A DNA stretch of 63,900 nt, counting the filler, from Saprolegnia diclina VS20 (lineage: Eukaryota): assembly GCF_000281045.1 (NCBI RefSeq). It is 5 parts of 3 records of this genome, joined end to end, with 100 filler letters (N's around TTAATTAATTAA, not from the genome) between each part and the next. Parts side by side here need not be neighbours in the genome. Positions count along the whole stretch, not along the records: positions 56,927 to 62,631 come from NW_008246158.1; positions 62,732 to 63,900 come from NW_008246158.1; 3 more parts are not named here. One strand, written 5' to 3'. Positions 60,309-63,900 of this stretch are shown here, one piece after another. The translations under genes and the position numbers were made by a program. The notes beneath the pieces are model-generated. The model was not told the origin of the DNA. It saw only the letters and a program-made list of their open reading frames with translations, and searched no databases. How positions within the stretch are numbered: the first letter of the stretch is position 1; every line of letters starts with the position of its first letter.

Positions 60309-60971
60309 ATGCTGGCTTCCGCCCGACGATCCATGTACACGCCGTCGGCCTTCCGCGAGGTGGGCACGGACCGCGTGCACGAGATCCTCTCTCGCTATCC
60401 CTTGGCGACGCTCGTCGTACCGCAGGCCGCCGGCGAGAGTCCGCTCGTGAGCCACATCCCGCTGCTTCACGTAGGGAACGAGCTCCATGGGCATGTCCCC
60501 AAGGTCAACGCCATCGCGCGCCTCGAGGGCAGCGTGCGCGCGCTCGCCATCTTCCAGGGCCCGAACGCGTACGTCTCGCCGTCGTGGTACGAGACCAAGC
60601 AGGCCACGGGCAAGGCCGTGCCCACGTGGAACTACATTGCGGTGCACGTTCACGCATCGCTGCGTATTGAGCGCGATCGCGACTGGGTCCTGCGCAACGT
60701 GAGCGCGCTCTCGGACACACACGAGGCGAAGATGGAGGCGCCGTGGCGCGTGGACGAGGCGCCAACCGCGTACGTGGACAAGCTGCTGCGGAGCATTGTC
60801 GGGCTGCGCCTCTCGATCGAGTCGGTGGAGAGTCAATTCAAGCTCAGCCAGAACAAAGAGGCCGGCGACTTTTTCGGCGTCGTCGACGGACTGCGATCGA
60901 CGCCCGACCACGCCGGTGGCAACGACGTTGCTGCGTGGATGGAGCGCGTCCAAGACGAGATTCGCAAGTAG
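60309..60971 (+). CDS. FMN-binding PaiB-like protein (FMN-binding negative transcriptional regulator family)
   Basis: Intronless ORF with MYTPSAF, YPLATLV, SHIPL, LHGHV..N, IFQGPNAYVSPSWY, VPTWNY.AVH and FKLSQNK. Confidence 0.9.
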   Translation: MLASARRSMYTPSAFREVGTDRVHEILSRYPLATLVVPQAAGESPLVSHIPLLHVGNELHGHVPKVNAIARLEGSVRALAIFQGPNAYVSPSWYETKQATGKAVPTWNYIAVHVHASLRIERDRDWVLRNVSALSDTHEAKMEAPWRVDEAPTAYVDKLLRSIVGLRLSIESVESQFKLSQNKEAGDFFGVVDGLRSTPDHAGGNDVAAWMERVQDEIRK

Positions 60972-61259
60972 ATTTCGCGTACTGGTCAAGCGATTGTACT
61001 GCAGAAAGCACTTGTACAAGGTAGCGCCGTAGCTTTATAACCATTTACTAGTGCGTTCTCTAAACCCTCGATCTTGTTGTCGTGGGTAGGCTTACCCAGG
61101 GACCCTTGCGGATGAGGCCCGTGATCGCGTCAAGTTGAAGTGGTTGTGGGGGCTCCCCAAGCCCGCGATTGTGATTTGCTAAAATCCCAGCAACGCGGGC
61201 ATTTATTGGTTGGAAATCAGAAAAATAGCGCGATGCCATTGGTCCATTTTCTCCACGCA

Positions 61260-62171
61260 ATGCCACAGCGCGACCGGGCCGACCGCCCGCGGCTCGTGTA
61301 CAAGGAGTCGCTCATCCTCGGCGTCGGCGTCGGCCTCTTCGTGCAAGAGAGCGTGGGCGCAGGCGAAGTCGTGGCGCTACCCGCCTTAACGCAGCCGGTC
61401 GAGGAGCCCAAGTCGCTCGCCGCCAGCGTGGTCGCGGCGCCGCCCGTCGAGGTCCGCGAGTCGCTGATCGCAGGCGTTGGGCTAGGCCTCTTTGCAGTGA
61501 CCGATCTCGTGCCCGGCGATGTTGTCTCTGTGCCTAGCGCCAGTAGAGTGCGACTTGCCGCTGACGATGCTGCGCGTCGTGCCAAGGTCAAGCCAGAGGA
61601 TCGCAAACCAACTCAGCGAGCGCCCAAGAGGAAAGCGCAACCAACGGTACTTGCTAACTCGGATGCCTCGGAGTCAGAAGCCTCGGCGCCCATGCGAACG
61701 TCCGCCACGACCAAGCGGGCAGGCAAGCGACGGCTCTTGACGCTGGACGACGCCGATCAGCGTCGCAAGCATGGCGCTCCGACGATCGTAGTGCGTGAAA
61801 GCTTGATTGCGGGCGTGGGCTTGGGCGCGTTCGCAGCCGACGATTTTGAGCCGGGCGACGTCCTCGGGGCCCTGGACGAGGCCAAGGACTCGTGGAACGA
61901 ACCGTTCGAGACTTTATTTTCGACGGCCCCTGCCCCCGCCGGCGCCCCTGTCCTCGACGACTGGACACACTTGGTGTCCGCGCCTGAGATGCAGTCGGCC
62001 CACCGCGCGATGCTGTGTCGGAACCCGGCTGTGCCCGACCATGGGTGGCTGCGGCTCACGAAGAAGCAGCTGATGCTGCTGCTCGAGAACGACGACGACG
62101 ACACGATCTTGAACGTGCCGCTGTCCATCAAGAGCCTCGCCCTACGCCTCCGTAGCGATAAGACGTTGTAA
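61260..62171 (+). CDS. Hypothetical protein with three SET-domain-N-terminus-like motifs
   Basis: Repeats ESLILGVGVGLFVQESVGAGEVV, ESLIAGVGLGLFAVTDLVPGDVV and ESLIAGVGLGAFAADDFEPGDVL. No NHSC/ELxxDY catalytic motifs are visible. Confidence 0.6.
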   Translation: MPQRDRADRPRLVYKESLILGVGVGLFVQESVGAGEVVALPALTQPVEEPKSLAASVVAAPPVEVRESLIAGVGLGLFAVTDLVPGDVVSVPSASRVRLAADDAARRAKVKPEDRKPTQRAPKRKAQPTVLANSDASESEASAPMRTSATTKRAGKRRLLTLDDADQRRKHGAPTIVVRESLIAGVGLGAFAADDFEPGDVLGALDEAKDSWNEPFETLFSTAPAPAGAPVLDDWTHLVSAPEMQSAHRAMLCRNPAVPDHGWLRLTKKQLMLLLENDDDDTILNVPLSIKSLALRLRSDKTL

Positions 62172-62223
62172 CATGTATTCTCAAGTGTTAGCAGAGTTGT
62201 CTCGAAGTATGTACATCCGCCGC

Positions 62224-62631
62224 TCAGTAGCCGTCGAGGTCACGGACTCCTTCCCAGTCGTGTGGAGCGTTGTAGTCGAAGCTCTTCATGTAGCTCATGA
62301 CGTGCGACACGGGGCCGTCGCCCGGCCGCAGCTCGAGGGCTTGGTTGAAAGCCATTTTGGCCCCGCGCCAGTCGCCATGGAGGTAGAGTTCGACGCCGTT
62401 GGACGCCGCTTCGAGAAAGGCCGGGTCCAGACCCTCGCGGATCTCCTTGTACTCGGCGTCGTTCTCAAAGTCCACGGGCACCTGCACTTCTTTGCCCCGC
62501 TTGTCGAGCTCAAACCTACACTCTAGCTTGAGTTCAGCGACAATTTTGAGCTTGGTACTTTGGCGTCGCAAACCCCGGCTTGGGGTTGGTCACGTCAAAC
62601 GTGTAGACTGTCAGCGGCGTGTCCACCCTAC
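62224..62631 (-). CDS. C-terminal fragment (TPR-like tail) of a class III adenylyl/guanylyl cyclase, 5' part in gap
   Basis: FLEAASNGVELYLHGDWRGAKMAFNQALELRPGDGPVSHVMSYM...APHDWEGVRDL matches the TPR-like C-terminal tail typical of channel-type adenylyl cyclases. Confidence 0.7.
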
Positions 62632-62731
62632 NNNNNNNNNNNNNNNNNNNNNNNNNNNNNNNNNNNNNNNNNNNNTTAATTAATTAANNNNNNNNNNNNN
62701 NNNNNNNNNNNNNNNNNNNNNNNNNNNNNNN
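62632..62731. other. Assembly spacer (N-run with TTAATTAATTAA)
   Basis: TTAATTAATTAA at 62676-62687 within Ns. Confidence 0.95.
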
Positions 62732-63900
62732 ACAAGGCCCGCAACGACCAAGAGGCGGCATCGCAGCAAGGCAGAGTCTTCTGTCACAGCCGTCGCCGGC
62801 GCGACTCTGGACGGCATCGCAGTGGCCAAGATAGAAAGGCGAAACTTCTGCTGCGAAACGGCGGCTTGTGGAGGTCATTGGTACAATTGACGGAAATACT
62901 GACAAACAAAAACACCAAGTACAAAACTAATGTACACGCTCGGCCATGGATCGCATTCCTTGGGCAAGAGATTCGTGGGCTACCGCGCTGCATATCAAGG
63001 TGTTATCCTGGTAGGAACGTTTACATGGTGTCCCAGCATCCCTGGGGATTCATTCGGCGTGTCGTGTCGCAATCCGGCCAACCCATTGGCTATATATCCA
63101 GCCATTTTGGCCAATGAAACACAATTGCATTGTTTTAAGCCAATCGCATCGCGCGAAACGTGTCCAGTGAAGTGCGATTTTGAAGTCCCCGTTAAGTGCT
63201 GTCACATCCCCGGCCATTAAACTCGATTAAAGTAATAAAATTGCGCTAAAGTGCGCCTGCGTACTTCACAGAAACTCACGCAACGTTTCGATTAGGTGCG
63301 ATTTCAGAAGCGCGCAAAGACTGCAGCAAGCGACGACGCGTTGGCCCGAAAAAGTCTGCGCACGCAGCGAAGGTCGAGCGTTGACTTTTGTGTAGGCCAA
63401 CGCGCCGTTGTCGCAATACCGGTAATTAACGCTTCGCATTCAATACAAAAGTTCCTACCAGCTCACCCCGCAAGGGACCTGTTATCGGACACCGTCGGAA
63501 ACTTCGACGGGGGAAGACTTGGTGCGCCTTTTCTCACAGCACTATTTATTTCACTTTGGTGTTGAAATGCGCTGTGAACTTAAATGATAAAGAGAGTGGG
63601 CAACCTCGCGTGTCTGGCCATTGCGTCAAGAAAAACGTTCGTTAACTTTTTATGGCCAAGATCGTCACCTCGATGCGCGACAACTCAACGCTGTCTCGTC
63701 GCGTCGTCGGTCGTGGTTCAAGGCGGCGTGCGCGAACGTTCATAGAGGTCAGCAACCATCACTCACGCATCAGATCGACCATCATTCGATGCCCCTGGGT
63801 GATTTTTGGCGAACGTTGAAATTGAGATTGCACATTCAGATTTCCTTTTGCCTCCACGTGCACAACCTCATAAAGATGCTTGCGTGCACCTCAACCTCAA

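Noticed and set aside
62732..63900. Terminal contig with short ORFs and CCAAT boxes
   Set aside because: It looks promoter-like or intergenic, and no gene can be supported within the window.

Overview
Eukaryotic, gene-dense DNA, GC-rich in coding regions, with very short (about 42-56 nt) GT-AG introns. Gene content and style point to an oomycete of the Saprolegniales type (inference). The left ~16.5 kb is housekeeping-like. It holds four tandem DUF829/TMEM53-like hydrolases, two mitochondrial-type helical-repeat (PPR-like) proteins, a probable SHOC1/Zip2-like meiotic gene, an intronless xylose-isomerase-like TIM-barrel enzyme, an FHA protein and RPS3A. From 20.1 to 56.8 kb lies a large multicopy kinase locus with three gene types. 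(i) Four tandem genes encode zinc-ribbon+helix / coiled coil / pseudokinase / C2 proteins; the pseudokinases carry TG[FL] or SGW where DFG should be, recalling MLKL. (ii) Two giant genes plus one decayed copy encode ankyrin arrays (one repeat per phase-0 exon) alternating with kinase-kinase-pseudokinase domains, and carry the same zinc-ribbon+helix module. (iii) Interleaved genes and pseudogenes encode a catalytically eroded 2OG-Fe(II) oxygenase-like family. The right end has an ion-channel/adenylyl-cyclase fusion gene broken by gaps, a PaiB-like FMN-binding protein, a protein with three SET-N-terminal-like motifs and a second cyclase C-terminus. Four N-TTAATTAATTAA-N spacers and a 511-bp duplication flanking a gap are assembly artefacts. 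All family calls rest on motifs read by eye, not on database searches.
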